Made by a program: the position numbers and the translations under genes. A DNA stretch of 64,000 nucleotides from an uncultured Chloroflexia bacterium (lineage in GTDB: Bacteria; Chloroflexota; Limnocylindria; Limnocylindrales; CSP1-4), in the NCBI GenBank assembly GCA_963823925.1, contig CAWGNI010000001.1, positions 19,608-83,607 on the forward strand. The letters run 5' to 3'. This document shows positions 31,736 through 40,957 of the stretch, piece after piece; position 1 is the stretch's first letter; every line of letters begins with the position of its first letter. Under the pieces are notes generated by a model that was not told where the DNA came from, did no database searches, and worked only from the letters and a program-made list of their open reading frames with translations.

Positions 31736-32909
31736 GTGACCGAAGAGCGCCCATCGATCTCGCCCGGGCGGTATCGCGATCGCCTCGAGGCGGCGACGGC
31801 CGCCGCTCAGGTGGCCGGACTCGACGCGTCTCCTCATCGGCGTCGGTGCCGACATGCGCTACCTGACGGGTTACCCGGCGATGGCGCTGGAGCGCCTGAC
31901 CATGCTCGTGATCCCGGTCGCGGGTGACCGGGCACTCGTGGTGCCTCGACTCGAAGAGGCACCAGCCCGGATCTGCCCTGCGGCAGCCGCCGGCAGCGTG
32001 CCGGTCGTCACCTGGGACGAATCGGACGATCCGCACGCACTCGTGGCGAGGATGACCGGGCTGACCATCGCCGGCGTGGCAAAGACCGGTCTCCGGATCG
32101 GCGTCTCGGACGATCTCCCGGCGCGTCACCTGCTCCGGTTGCAGGAGCGTCTGCCCGGGGCGACATTCGAACTCGCCTCGCCGATCCTCGGGGCGTTCCG
32201 GATCGTCAAGGACCCTGAAGAGATCGCCTTGCTGACCGCGGCTGCACATGCAGCGGATCGGGTCGTCGCCCGGATCGCCTCCGGGCGCCTGGTCGGCCGC
32301 ACCGAATCGGACGTCGCCCGGGAGGTCCGCGAGCGTCTGATCGAGGAGGGCCACGACACGGCGGTCTTTGCGATCGTCGGCTCGGGCCCCAATTCGGCGT
32401 CGCCGCACCACGACGCGTCCGAGCGGGTGATCCGGGCTGGTGAGCCGATCGTCCTCGACATCGGGGGCACGATCGACGGCTACGGCTCCGATATCACCCG
32501 GACGCTGTGGGTGACCGGCGGCGATCCGGACAACGGGCCGGACGAACGGTTCCGCCACCTGTTCGCGATCCTGCTCGCCGCCCAGGCCGCGGCGAGCGCG
32601 ACGGTCCGGGTGGGCATCCCGGCCGAGGCGATCGACGCTGCCGCCCGCCGGCCGATCGAGGCAGAAGGATACGGAGCGGCGTTCTTCCATCGGACCGGGC
32701 ACGGGATCGGTCTGGAGGGGCACGAGGACCCGTACATCATCGCCGGCAACGACCTCCCGCTCGAAGCGGGCATGGCCTTCTCGGTCGAGCCCGGCATCTA
32801 CCTGGCGGATTCCTATGGGGCGCGGATCGAGGACATCGTCGTGTGCGGGCCGGACGGCCCGATCCTGCTCAATGAGGCGCCCCGCGAGCTGTACGTCGTC
32901 GACGGTTGA
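31736..32909 (+). pseudogene. M24-family Xaa-Pro aminopeptidase/dipeptidase, frame-disrupted near 31829
   Basis: GTG 31736 in the frame of ORF 31541..31927 (VTEERPSISPGRYRDRLEAATAAAQVAGLDA), then the frame of ORF 31854..32909 (LLIGVGADMRYLTGY...VLDIGGTIDGYGSDITRT...FHRTGHGIGLEGHE...SVEPGIY, the metal ligands). Confidence 0.85.
32850..32909. repeat. Direct repeat copy 1 (60 bp, last 19 codons plus stop of the M24 peptidase gene)
   Basis: CCGGACGGCCCGATCCTGCTCAATGAGGCGCCCCGCGAGCTGTACGTCGTCGACGGTTGA is identical to 35954-36013. About 24 further bases match imperfectly (5 mismatches). Confidence 0.95.
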
Positions 32910-33337
32910 CCGGGCGCCGGGTCGGCCCCGGTGCACGGTGGGCCGTCGGATCATCTGAAGGTCTTCGTAAGTTCGTGACCGAACGGACGCCCCTGGAGGG
33001 CCAGTTCAAATGAAGAGGCACTGACCGGGTATCGGGATCCACGGGCGGCGTGGACCGCGGAGGTCTGCCGACGTTGCGGAACAGCGGCAAGCCCGGATCA
33101 TGGGTTCACGCGAGCACCGGACCACATCGTGCGCCCGTGGCTCCACGAGGGAGGAGTGTCGCGTGATCCGATGCGGTCCAAGCTCCTCGCGTCCAGCCGA
33201 GGGTCGACTCGCCCCAGGGAAAGGCGCACCGTGGCCGCCGAACCTACACTATCGCTACCAACGGCCGGGGCAGTTGTCGAAGCCCACCTCCCATTCATGT
33301 GGGCGTGCAGCCCTCCCAGATGTCAGCGTGAGGGACG

Positions 33338-35845
33338 ATGGCAGTGACTCCTCAGGCGACCCTGTGGGCGGTTGGGCAAGCGGCCGCGCATCGGGTCGCC
33401 GACGCGGGGCGGCAGCTACTCGCGCGGCCGAGCCTGCTGTACCTGCTCTTGACGCCCCTAGCATTCCCGATCCTCGAGATGCTCGGGAAGCGCCAGAGTG
33501 CGGTCCAGTTCGCGAACGACGTTCTTGCCGGCCAGCTCCCGCTCATCTCGGTCATTCGCGCCGACTGGCTCAAGTTTGGGCCGACGCTCTGGAACCCTCA
33601 CCTCACGTCGGGCAACGCGACCATGGTCCAGATGCCGCTGCCTCCGTTTACGCCGGACTTGATCCTCAGCTTGATCGTGCCGCTGTTTGTCGCCTACTTC
33701 ATCGCCTATGCCGCGTTGATCTGGGTCGCCGGGTATGGAATGCACCTATTCCTGAGGGACTCGCTTCGTCTGCGGACCCCGGCGTGCGTCGTGGGCGGGG
33801 TCATCTATATGTTCTCCTTCTGGCTGTACATCTACGGCTACGCTGTCCCGTTGATTCCGTTCAGCCTCTGGCTGCTGGATCGCTGGGTGGATGCCAAGGA
33901 AAACCGCTGGCGCTGGGGCGTAGCCCTGGTTGTCACCGGCTGCCTTCAGCTGTACGCCGGCCTGCTCCAGCTGGCCGCCCTGGTCGCGGCACTGCAACTT
34001 GCCTACCTGTTGGCAACTAACTGGCGATCCGGCCGGGTTCGTAGGCTTGTCGCAGGATGGCTCGGAGTCTGGACGGTTGCCTGCCTCCTCTTCGCACCGG
34101 TCGCGGTCACGATGCTCGTGTACCTTCCCGGGTCGGTGCGGACGATCTGGAACCTGTTCTGGCTCTATCCAACGGCGCCCCTCGACGCGCTTCGCCAGAC
34201 GATGTCCCTTTTCGGGAGCACAATCGGGGCCATTCCAGTGACCGGATGGACGCGCGGGTCCGCCGAATACTCGGGCACGTTCTTCGTTGGCGGAATTGCG
34301 CTGGCCCTGCTGTACATCGGATTGTTTCGACCCCGCGATGCGCGCCTGAGGTTCCTGCTTGCGCTGCTGGCGGCGTTGCCCGTCGTCTATGCCGCCGACC
34401 TGATGTTGATTCCACTTCAGGCTCAACTCGGCCTCCTCAAATCGTTCCAGGTAACCCGCGTAGCCTCCCTGTTTCCGTTCGCCCTCGCCGCAAACGCGGC
34501 TGTTGGAGCAGATTCGCTCTTCTCCGGCCAGTGGCGTGACTTCTTCAGAGGTCGTGCCAGGGTGGCCGGTTTGGGTGTCCTGATGGTGATTTTGGCGGCA
34601 GAAGCCAGCGCCAGCCTGGTGAACTGGGCGAACCCAACAGAAGGGGGCCGGACTTCGTCCGGCTGGCTGCTCGCGGCCGTCGCAATCGGGGGCGGAGTAA
34701 TCCTGGGCGGGGCTCTGCTCCGGCACGTGGCCCGCACCGAGGGAATCAGAGTTGTCGCGGGCCCGCTCTTGCTGATATTTCTAGTGGGACTTGTCGGCGA
34801 GAGTGCGATCTATGCTCGTGCCGAGCGATATCTTCACGGGGGACTGGGAACGTATTCGGAGTACATGACGGTCGATCCGGGCCAGGCGTACATCGCCAGG
34901 CAGGCGAAGGGCGATCTGGCACGGACGTTGACCATCGGCTCCCCGACTAATCGCGCCCTGAACGCCGGTCTGTACGACGCTGGTGGGCTGGAGCCGATAT
35001 ACCCGCTGACGTACCACGAATTGTTCGGCGTGCTCACGGCCCCGCACCTGAGCAAGGACGCTGCGGATTGGCGGTATTTCAACTGGTGGGGTGAGAAGGC
35101 TTTTCCGTTTGGCCCGGAGATGAATTATCCAGTGGCGGACCTGATGGGCATCCGCTGGATCTGGGCTCGGGGCATCTCTCTCCAAGACTCGCGGCTGGTC
35201 AGCCGCTTCCAGTCTCGGGCCATCACCGTCTACGAGAACCTCGCTGTCTTCCCGAGGGCGTTTGTCGTTCACCAGGTGAAGGCGTTTGCGTCGGAGCCCG
35301 CGCTCCTGAGCGGGCTCGCAGATGCAAATGACGCGCAGCTTCGAAGCACCGCGTTCGCCGTCCAGGGAGAACAAATCCCCGGACTGCCGCCTTCCGGGTC
35401 GTCCGCAGCCTCAGATGTGAGCGTGACCCGGTACTCGCCAGAGCGTGTGGACTTGTCGGTCAAGACTTCCACACCCGGGCTGCTCATCCTGACTGACACG
35501 TATGCCTCAGGGTGGACGGCGACCGTCTGCGGCTCAGCGGTACCGATCTACCGCGTCGACGCCGCGTTCCGAGCGGTCTCCGTCCCAGATGGCACCTGCA
35601 CGGTCTCCTTCACATACCGTCCGCTGTTCACCTACGCGGGCTTCGTCGCGACGGGCGTCACCCTCGTCGCCTTGATCGGGTTCACCACGTTGATGTTCTG
35701 GCGCGGACGTCGACGAGGTAAGCGTGGTCGACGGTTGAGTCCGACCATCGTGACCAACTCCGGTGCGAACCACGACGCCACCGCTGACACAAGTTCGATC
35801 GCCGATGGGGCGCCATCTGGCGGGCGCCACCCACCCGCCGATTGA
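33338..35845 (+). CDS. 835-aa polytopic membrane protein with large C-terminal extracytoplasmic domain (YfhO/ArnT-like glycosyltransferase-type architecture; family call tentative)
   Basis: About 13 N-terminal TM helices, a soluble roughly 300-aa region, one terminal TM, and a basic tail (RGRRRGKRGRR). Uninterrupted frame. Confidence 0.75.
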   Translation: MAVTPQATLWAVGQAAAHRVADAGRQLLARPSLLYLLLTPLAFPILEMLGKRQSAVQFANDVLAGQLPLISVIRADWLKFGPTLWNPHLTSGNATMVQMPLPPFTPDLILSLIVPLFVAYFIAYAALIWVAGYGMHLFLRDSLRLRTPACVVGGVIYMFSFWLYIYGYAVPLIPFSLWLLDRWVDAKENRWRWGVALVVTGCLQLYAGLLQLAALVAALQLAYLLATNWRSGRVRRLVAGWLGVWTVACLLFAPVAVTMLVYLPGSVRTIWNLFWLYPTAPLDALRQTMSLFGSTIGAIPVTGWTRGSAEYSGTFFVGGIALALLYIGLFRPRDARLRFLLALLAALPVVYAADLMLIPLQAQLGLLKSFQVTRVASLFPFALAANAAVGADSLFSGQWRDFFRGRARVAGLGVLMVILAAEASASLVNWANPTEGGRTSSGWLLAAVAIGGGVILGGALLRHVARTEGIRVVAGPLLLIFLVGLVGESAIYARAERYLHGGLGTYSEYMTVDPGQAYIARQAKGDLARTLTIGSPTNRALNAGLYDAGGLEPIYPLTYHELFGVLTAPHLSKDAADWRYFNWWGEKAFPFGPEMNYPVADLMGIRWIWARGISLQDSRLVSRFQSRAITVYENLAVFPRAFVVHQVKAFASEPALLSGLADANDAQLRSTAFAVQGEQIPGLPPSGSSAASDVSVTRYSPERVDLSVKTSTPGLLILTDTYASGWTATVCGSAVPIYRVDAAFRAVSVPDGTCTVSFTYRPLFTYAGFVATGVTLVALIGFTTLMFWRGRRRGKRGRRLSPTIVTNSGANHDATADTSSIADGAPSGGRHPPAD

Positions 35846-35953
35846 GGCCCTGGGTGCCGTTCTGAAAGCTGAAGCCCCAACAGTCGTTGGTCTTTATCGT
35901 CTCTCATCGACGCCTCGCTGCTGACATGCCGATCGCACGAGCAGCCGGCTCGC

Positions 35954-36013
35954 CCGGACGGCCCGATCCTGCTCAATGAGGCGCCCCGCGAGCTGTACGT
36001 CGTCGACGGTTGA
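35954..36013. repeat. Direct repeat copy 2 (60 bp)
   Basis: Identical to 32850-32909, but here not attached to any upstream coding sequence. Confidence 0.95.
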
Positions 36014-36212
36014 TCAGGCGTCAGGGTCGGCCCCGGCGTGTCAGGGCATCGCTTCGGGTCTGATGGGCTGGCGACCTGCGGTATCATCGATCGACGGGTC
36101 GCGCCCGATTCGACCTGCCAGCGCCCTTTCGAGTACCGATGACACCCACCAACCGACGTCGCACTGACGTCGCACCGAGGATCAGGCTCAGTCGCCCCGA
36201 TCGGGGTCCCGA

Positions 36213-36797
36213 GTGAGCCGCCGCCATCACGGCCGACCGCATCAACGCGTCCGCGGGCCGGTCGAGGCGCCCCGACGACCGACTGGGGTGAGCCCCGAAA
36301 CCAGGGATCGAGTCGAGCCCGGCGAGGAGGCGGCAAGCGACGGGACGTCCACCGCCGCCTCGCGGTCGACCCCGGTCTCCGCGCCGCCGGATCCGGTTCC
36401 CGCGACAGCCCCCGCGTTCGTCCCGCACCGCGACGCCCCGCCACCTGCCACGAACGGCGGATCGGGAAACGGGGCATCGCATCAGGCCGGCTCGCCGCAC
36501 GGCATCCCGGATCGGCACGGCCAGTGCACGGCTCCGCAGCTCCGGCGGTTCATCAAGAGCCGCCCATATGTCCCGATGCACGAGCTTCGTCGCCAATTCG
36601 GGATCGACGGCGGGGATGATGATGTGACCGGGGTGCGTCTCGAGCCCGGCTGGGTCTATGTCGGTCTGCCGACGCGGGAGGGGGGCCTGCTCGGGGAGCT
36701 CCTCCAGGCCGGCGAGATCGGATACGAGCTGTCGCTCGACCCGTGTACCCCGATCGTCATCGGCGTCTACCCGATGCGCCCGATCCCGAGATCCTGA
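36213..36797 (+). CDS. Hypothetical protein (Pro/Ala/Ser-rich N-half, structured C-half)
   Basis: GTG start, 194 aa. The C-terminal QCTAPQLRRFIKSRPYVPMHELRRQFGIDGG...GEIGYELSLDPCTPIVIGVYPMRP looks protein-like. No family recognised and the start is uncertain. Confidence 0.5.
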   Translation: MSRRHHGRPHQRVRGPVEAPRRPTGVSPETRDRVEPGEEAASDGTSTAASRSTPVSAPPDPVPATAPAFVPHRDAPPPATNGGSGNGASHQAGSPHGIPDRHGQCTAPQLRRFIKSRPYVPMHELRRQFGIDGGDDDVTGVRLEPGWVYVGLPTREGGLLGELLQAGEIGYELSLDPCTPIVIGVYPMRPIPRS

Positions 36798-36801
36798 CGC
36801 C

Positions 36802-37575
36802 CTAGCGGGATCGACCGGCGGCCTGCGCCAGGAGCGTCTTTGCTTCGAACGGGGTGACGTCCGGGTAGGCGGACCGCAGACGCGTGAGCAACCCCGCGAT
36901 GTGTGGAGCGGCGAAGCTGTTGCCCGTCGCGATGATCTTCGAGCCACCGAGCCAGGCGACCGGGACGTCGACACCCCAGGCGCCGAACTCGACCGGAGGG
37001 TGCGGGTTGTAGAAGAAGGTCAGCGGATCCGGGATGTCGTGGGCCGCGACCGATACGACCGACGAGAAGACCGACGGGTAGCTCTCGTGCCCCTGCATGT
37101 TGCTCGCCGAGCACACGAGCAGGCAGTCGGCGAAGTACGCCTGGTCGACCAGGTCGTGGAACGTCGGGAACAGCTGTTCGCTGCGTGACGACAGGCTCAG
37201 GTTGGCCACCGGGATCCGATGTTCGACGACCCAGTCGATGGCGTGGGCGAACGCCAGGCCCTTGCCCTTGTTATCCGGCCCCAACACCCGGATCGAGATG
37301 AGCTCGGCCTCGGGGGCGAGGGAATGGATGATCCCGGCGCAGGCCGTCCCATGGCCCACGACGTCTCCGCCGTCTCCATCGTCGACGACTTCGCCGTCAC
37401 CGTCCTGGGTGAGTTCTACCCGCAGGCTTCTGACCAGCCGGCCGCCGACCGCCGGGTTATCGCCGTCGACGCCAGAATCGATGATGGCGACGGTCACGCC
37501 CTGCCCACGAGCCGTCCAGCCAGTCGATCGGAGCGGCGTCGCTCGGGAATGGCCCCGTCCTTGCCAGCTCGCCAC
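36802..37575 (-). CDS. Small S8 (subtilisin-family) serine peptidase lacking signal peptide and propeptide
   Basis: 257 aa. Triad in VAIIDSGVD (D), VVGHGTACAG (H) and ATGNSFAAPHIAG (S), with oxyanion CSASN. Confidence 0.85.
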   Translation of the reverse strand: MASWQGRGHSRATPLRSTGWTARGQGVTVAIIDSGVDGDNPAVGGRLVRSLRVELTQDGDGEVVDDGDGGDVVGHGTACAGIIHSLAPEAELISIRVLGPDNKGKGLAFAHAIDWVVEHRIPVANLSLSSRSEQLFPTFHDLVDQAYFADCLLVCSASNMQGHESYPSVFSSVVSVAAHDIPDPLTFFYNPHPPVEFGAWGVDVPVAWLGGSKIIATGNSFAAPHIAGLLTRLRSAYPDVTPFEAKTLLAQAAGRSR

Positions 37576-37623
37576 GCTTCGGCTCCCGGAAGGGCTCGCT
37601 CCATGCCGGATACAGCTCGGATG

Positions 37624-38421
37624 TCACCGGCGGAGTCTGCCCAGCCTGCCGCTCGCGTCACGTCCGTCCGCCGCACGATGACGGCCGATGACCGAGAGGA
37701 GTTCGATCGCGAGTTCGCGATCTGCGGCAGAGGCGTGGCGCATCGAGGCGATGGCGTCCACGAACGCCCAGAACCGATCGTCGCCCGACCGGCGGCGGGT
37801 CGCGGCCGAGACGATCTCGGCGACCGCGGGATCCGTGTCGGCGCCTCCGTCGATCCGCAGCACGTCGGCCAGCAGCGCCCGGAGTTCGCGGGCGCGCGCC
37901 GACACCTTGATCGCGGTCGCCGCCTGTCGCGCGAAGTGGGCAGCGGTCTCGATGTCCTGGATGGAGAATGGACCCTCGAGCTTGTCGATGACCTCGAGGA
38001 CGCCGATGGTTCGGGCGCCGTCCTCGAGCGGCACGGCGAGGAGTGAGCGGGGCACGTAGCCGGTCTTGTCGGCGACGTTCCGGCCGAATCTGGGGTCCTG
38101 GGCAGGGTCGGTGATCGCGATGCTCTCGCCGGTCGTGAACACGTACCCGACGATCCCCTGGGCCGGACCGATGGTCATGCCCACCACCGGCTGTCCCTGG
38201 GCGCCGGCTGCGACCACGAACCGCAGGTTTCCCGAAGCCTCGTCGAGCAACGCGATCGAGGCGGCTTCGGCGGCGAAGATGCCGACCGTGGCATCCACGA
38301 TCGTCCGCAGCAGGACCATCTCGGGGTCCGTATCAAGATGGACCGCGGTATCACCCCGGAGCGCGATCTCGCGGAGCAGGGCCTGCGCGTCGGGCGACAG
38401 GTCCTTCGAGCGCTTCACCAT
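37624..38421 (-). CDS. GAF-domain protein
   Basis: 265 aa. GAF core (ASIALLDEASGNLRFVVAAG...GIVGYVFTTGESIAI...SLLAVPLEDGARTIGVLEV) plus a helical C-terminal region. The start overlaps the CRP stop by 7 nt. Confidence 0.8.
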   Translation of the reverse strand: MVKRSKDLSPDAQALLREIALRGDTAVHLDTDPEMVLLRTIVDATVGIFAAEAASIALLDEASGNLRFVVAAGAQGQPVVGMTIGPAQGIVGYVFTTGESIAITDPAQDPRFGRNVADKTGYVPRSLLAVPLEDGARTIGVLEVIDKLEGPFSIQDIETAAHFARQAATAIKVSARARELRALLADVLRIDGGADTDPAVAEIVSAATRRRSGDDRFWAFVDAIASMRHASAADRELAIELLSVIGRHRAADGRDASGRLGRLRR

Positions 38422-39140
38422 TGCGCGCGCTGTGCCATGCGGCGAACGTCGAGGACCACCAGGTCATGCGGCTCGACCCGCAGGAGGTCCTCGGCCACGA
38501 GTTCGGCCACGACCCGGTTGACGCTCTGCCGGGTGCCGCCGATCATCGCCGCGAGCTCGGATTGCGTATACGCCCGGCCGAGCCTGACGTCCTGCATCTC
38601 GCCAGGGGCGACCTCCTCGGCCATCCGTGCCAGACGGCTCGCGAGCCGCCCGCCGAGGTCGAGGAAGTGGAGCTCGGACACGTGGGTCGTCAGGCGTCGC
38701 AGGTCAAGCGTCAGCGTTCGCAGGATCGCCGTCCGGAAGGCCTCGTTGTCCGCCATCAGCGGCCCGAACGCCTCCTGGGTCAGGGTGTAGGTGACCGTCG
38801 GCTCGACCGCCACCGCCGTCGCCGAGCGGGGTGCGTCGTCGAGCAGCACCAGTTCGCCGAAGACATCGCCCGGTGCGAGCGTCACCAGGATCGCCTCCGC
38901 GCCGTCCTGCGACTCGATCGAGATCTTGGCCCTGCCCGACGCGATGACGTGCATGGCGTCACCTGGATCGCCTTCGTGGAAGATCGTCTCTCCGGCCCTG
39001 AACCGCCGCTGGCGAAGCATCGGAGCGATCAACTCCAGGTCCTCAGGCGCGACGCCGCGGAACAGGCGCGAGCGACCGATCGCATCGATGACCGCGCGAT
39101 CCTGGGCGGGCGTCGTCCGCGCCGCTGGTTGGTCGGTCAT
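38415..39140 (-). CDS. CRP/FNR-family transcription regulator (cNMP-binding domain + HTH)
   Basis: ATG 39140 inside ORF 38415..39245, GAGGAGGA upstream. RLFRGVAPEDL, GDVFGELVLLDDAPRSATAVA, and HTH YTQSELAAMIGGTRQSVNRVV. Confidence 0.9.
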   Translation of the reverse strand: MTDQPAARTTPAQDRAVIDAIGRSRLFRGVAPEDLELIAPMLRQRRFRAGETIFHEGDPGDAMHVIASGRAKISIESQDGAEAILVTLAPGDVFGELVLLDDAPRSATAVAVEPTVTYTLTQEAFGPLMADNEAFRTAILRTLTLDLRRLTTHVSELHFLDLGGRLASRLARMAEEVAPGEMQDVRLGRAYTQSELAAMIGGTRQSVNRVVAELVAEDLLRVEPHDLVVLDVRRMAQRAQW

Positions 39141-39229
39141 GGCGTGCGCGTCCTCCTCGTTCAGCGTCGGTCGCGAATCGGCCCGACCCGAGTGTAGGAC
39201 GCGATCCCCGGCTGGTCGAGGTTCTGTCG

Positions 39230-40885
39230 TCATGGCCGGCTCCATGATCCGCGATATCGATCGAGCAACTGGGTGGTGAGACCCGGGCCTGCGTCGACCA
39301 GGCCGAGGAACCCGTCCCGGTCGAGGGCGAAGAGCCGGCCACCAGATGCGGCCGTCACGGTCGCCGTCCGGGGAACCGAGGTCAGCAGGCCGATCTCGCC
39401 GAAGACATCCCCGGGACCGAGCGTCCGAAGCTCGGTCCGTTCGCCGCTGTCAGACCGCTGCGAGACGGTGTAGGTGCCGGTGTCGATGAAGTAGAAGCGA
39501 TCGGCTGGCTCTCCCTGCCCGACGATGACCTCCCCGGGCGCGACGTCGACCGGGACCACCCGCCGGGCGGCCGCCTCGAGGCGGGCTGGGAGGACGCCGC
39601 CGAACACGCTCGAGCGGATGATCTCCAGCCGCCTGGGTTCGAGTGCCGACGGGACCAGCGCGCCACTCGACCGAAGCAGGCCGATCGAAAGGATGCCCAC
39701 CACGCCAGCGCCGACCGCGATGGTGACGGTGGCGACCCCCGGCCCATAGGCATCGGCCAGCAGTGGGGCCGCGAACGCGCCGGCGATCGCAGCCATCGAA
39801 CTCGGGATCTGGAGGAAGCCCATCGCCCGACCGCGTTCGTCGTCCGGCACCACCCGCTGCAGGATCGTCGCATTGATCACGTCGAGCAGGAGCAGGGCTC
39901 CGACGGCGATGCCGATCGCCAACAGGGCCGGCCCGAGGTCGTTCGTGAAGCCGAGGACGATCAGACCCAGGCCACCGACCAGGCTGCCGACGATGATCCC
40001 GACATCCAGTCGTCGAAGGACGACCCAGCCGGCAGCGATCCCTGCCACGATCCCGCCGATCCCGGTCGCGGCGTTGAGGTAGCCGGTGGCCGCTTCGCCC
40101 GCCCCGAGCGAGTCGACCGCGATGACGACCGTCAGGACGCTGAGTCCGCCGCCCGCGAAGCTCGTCGCGATATCGAGCGCGATGACCCCGGGGATCCGGG
40201 CGATGATCGCCATCCAGCCGGTCCCATCGGCTGCAGCGGCCGCGTCGGCAGCGTCGTCCTCGGCGGACCGCGCGGCGGCCTCCGACTCGCTCAGGAGCGT
40301 CCGACGGCTCGGTAGCGTCGCGATGATGATCGACACGAACGCGAACGTCGCGGCATTGAGGATGAACCCCAGCGCCAGGCCACCGACGGCGATCAGCACC
40401 CCCGCGATCGCCGGTCCGATGAAGTAGGCGAGGTTGTCAAGGGTGGCCCAGACGCTGTTGGCCGGCCCGAGATCGCGCTCGTCATCGACCAGCGACGGCA
40501 GGTACGAACCGATGGCCGGCCCGAAGAAGGTCGACACGCAGGCTGCGAGGATCGCCACCGCGACGATCCAGAGCGTTGCTGCTCCGGTCAGGACGAGGAT
40601 CGCCAGGACGACCTGGAGGAGGCCCCGGATGATGTCGGTCGTCAGCAGGATGAGACGGCGGTCGAACCGGTCGGCCACGATCCCGGCCGGGATCGACAGC
40701 AGCAGCGACGGCGCGATCCGGGCGGCGCCCACCAGCCCGAGCGCCAGCGCATCGTGCGACTCCTGGTACACGACGATCAACATCGCGACCATGTACAGCC
40801 AATCGCCGATCGACGAGATGAACTCGCCGGCCATCAGGCGGGCGAGTCGAGAGTTGGCGAAGACGCGACGGTAGGCAGTCAGCAC
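39230..40885 (-). CDS. MFS transporter fused to a C-terminal cyclic-nucleotide-binding domain
   Basis: GTG start, 551 aa. About 12 TM segments (GIVADRFDRR MFS loop motif), then GQGEPADRFYFIDTG...GDVFGEIGLLTSVPRTATVTA. Confidence 0.85.
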   Translation of the reverse strand: MLTAYRRVFANSRLARLMAGEFISSIGDWLYMVAMLIVVYQESHDALALGLVGAARIAPSLLLSIPAGIVADRFDRRLILLTTDIIRGLLQVVLAILVLTGAATLWIVAVAILAACVSTFFGPAIGSYLPSLVDDERDLGPANSVWATLDNLAYFIGPAIAGVLIAVGGLALGFILNAATFAFVSIIIATLPSRRTLLSESEAAARSAEDDAADAAAAADGTGWMAIIARIPGVIALDIATSFAGGGLSVLTVVIAVDSLGAGEAATGYLNAATGIGGIVAGIAAGWVVLRRLDVGIIVGSLVGGLGLIVLGFTNDLGPALLAIGIAVGALLLLDVINATILQRVVPDDERGRAMGFLQIPSSMAAIAGAFAAPLLADAYGPGVATVTIAVGAGVVGILSIGLLRSSGALVPSALEPRRLEIIRSSVFGGVLPARLEAAARRVVPVDVAPGEVIVGQGEPADRFYFIDTGTYTVSQRSDSGERTELRTLGPGDVFGEIGLLTSVPRTATVTAASGGRLFALDRDGFLGLVDAGPGLTTQLLDRYRGSWSRP

Positions 40886-40957
40886 GGCGGCGCCGAACGC
40901 GACGAAACGCCCCGGGGAACGGGTCCCCGAGGCGTGATCGTCAGGCGGATCAGTCGA

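Larger units (their letters stand above)
32910..36013. mobile_element. Putative integrated island or insertion remnant (about 3.1 kb) bounded by the 60-bp direct repeats; no integrase present
   Basis: The duplication of the target gene's 3' end is att-like. The interior is visibly less GC-rich with weaker GC3 than the flanks. It contains a single large ORF plus 428-bp and 108-bp non-coding arms. Confidence 0.5.

Noticed and set aside
32985-33010. tRNA-like T-loop string AGTTCAAATG at the left end of the island (islands often target tRNA genes)
   Set aside because: No complementary T-stem, acceptor stem or anticodon arm can be drawn around it. The duplicated att-like sequence is a protein-gene 3' end, not a tRNA.
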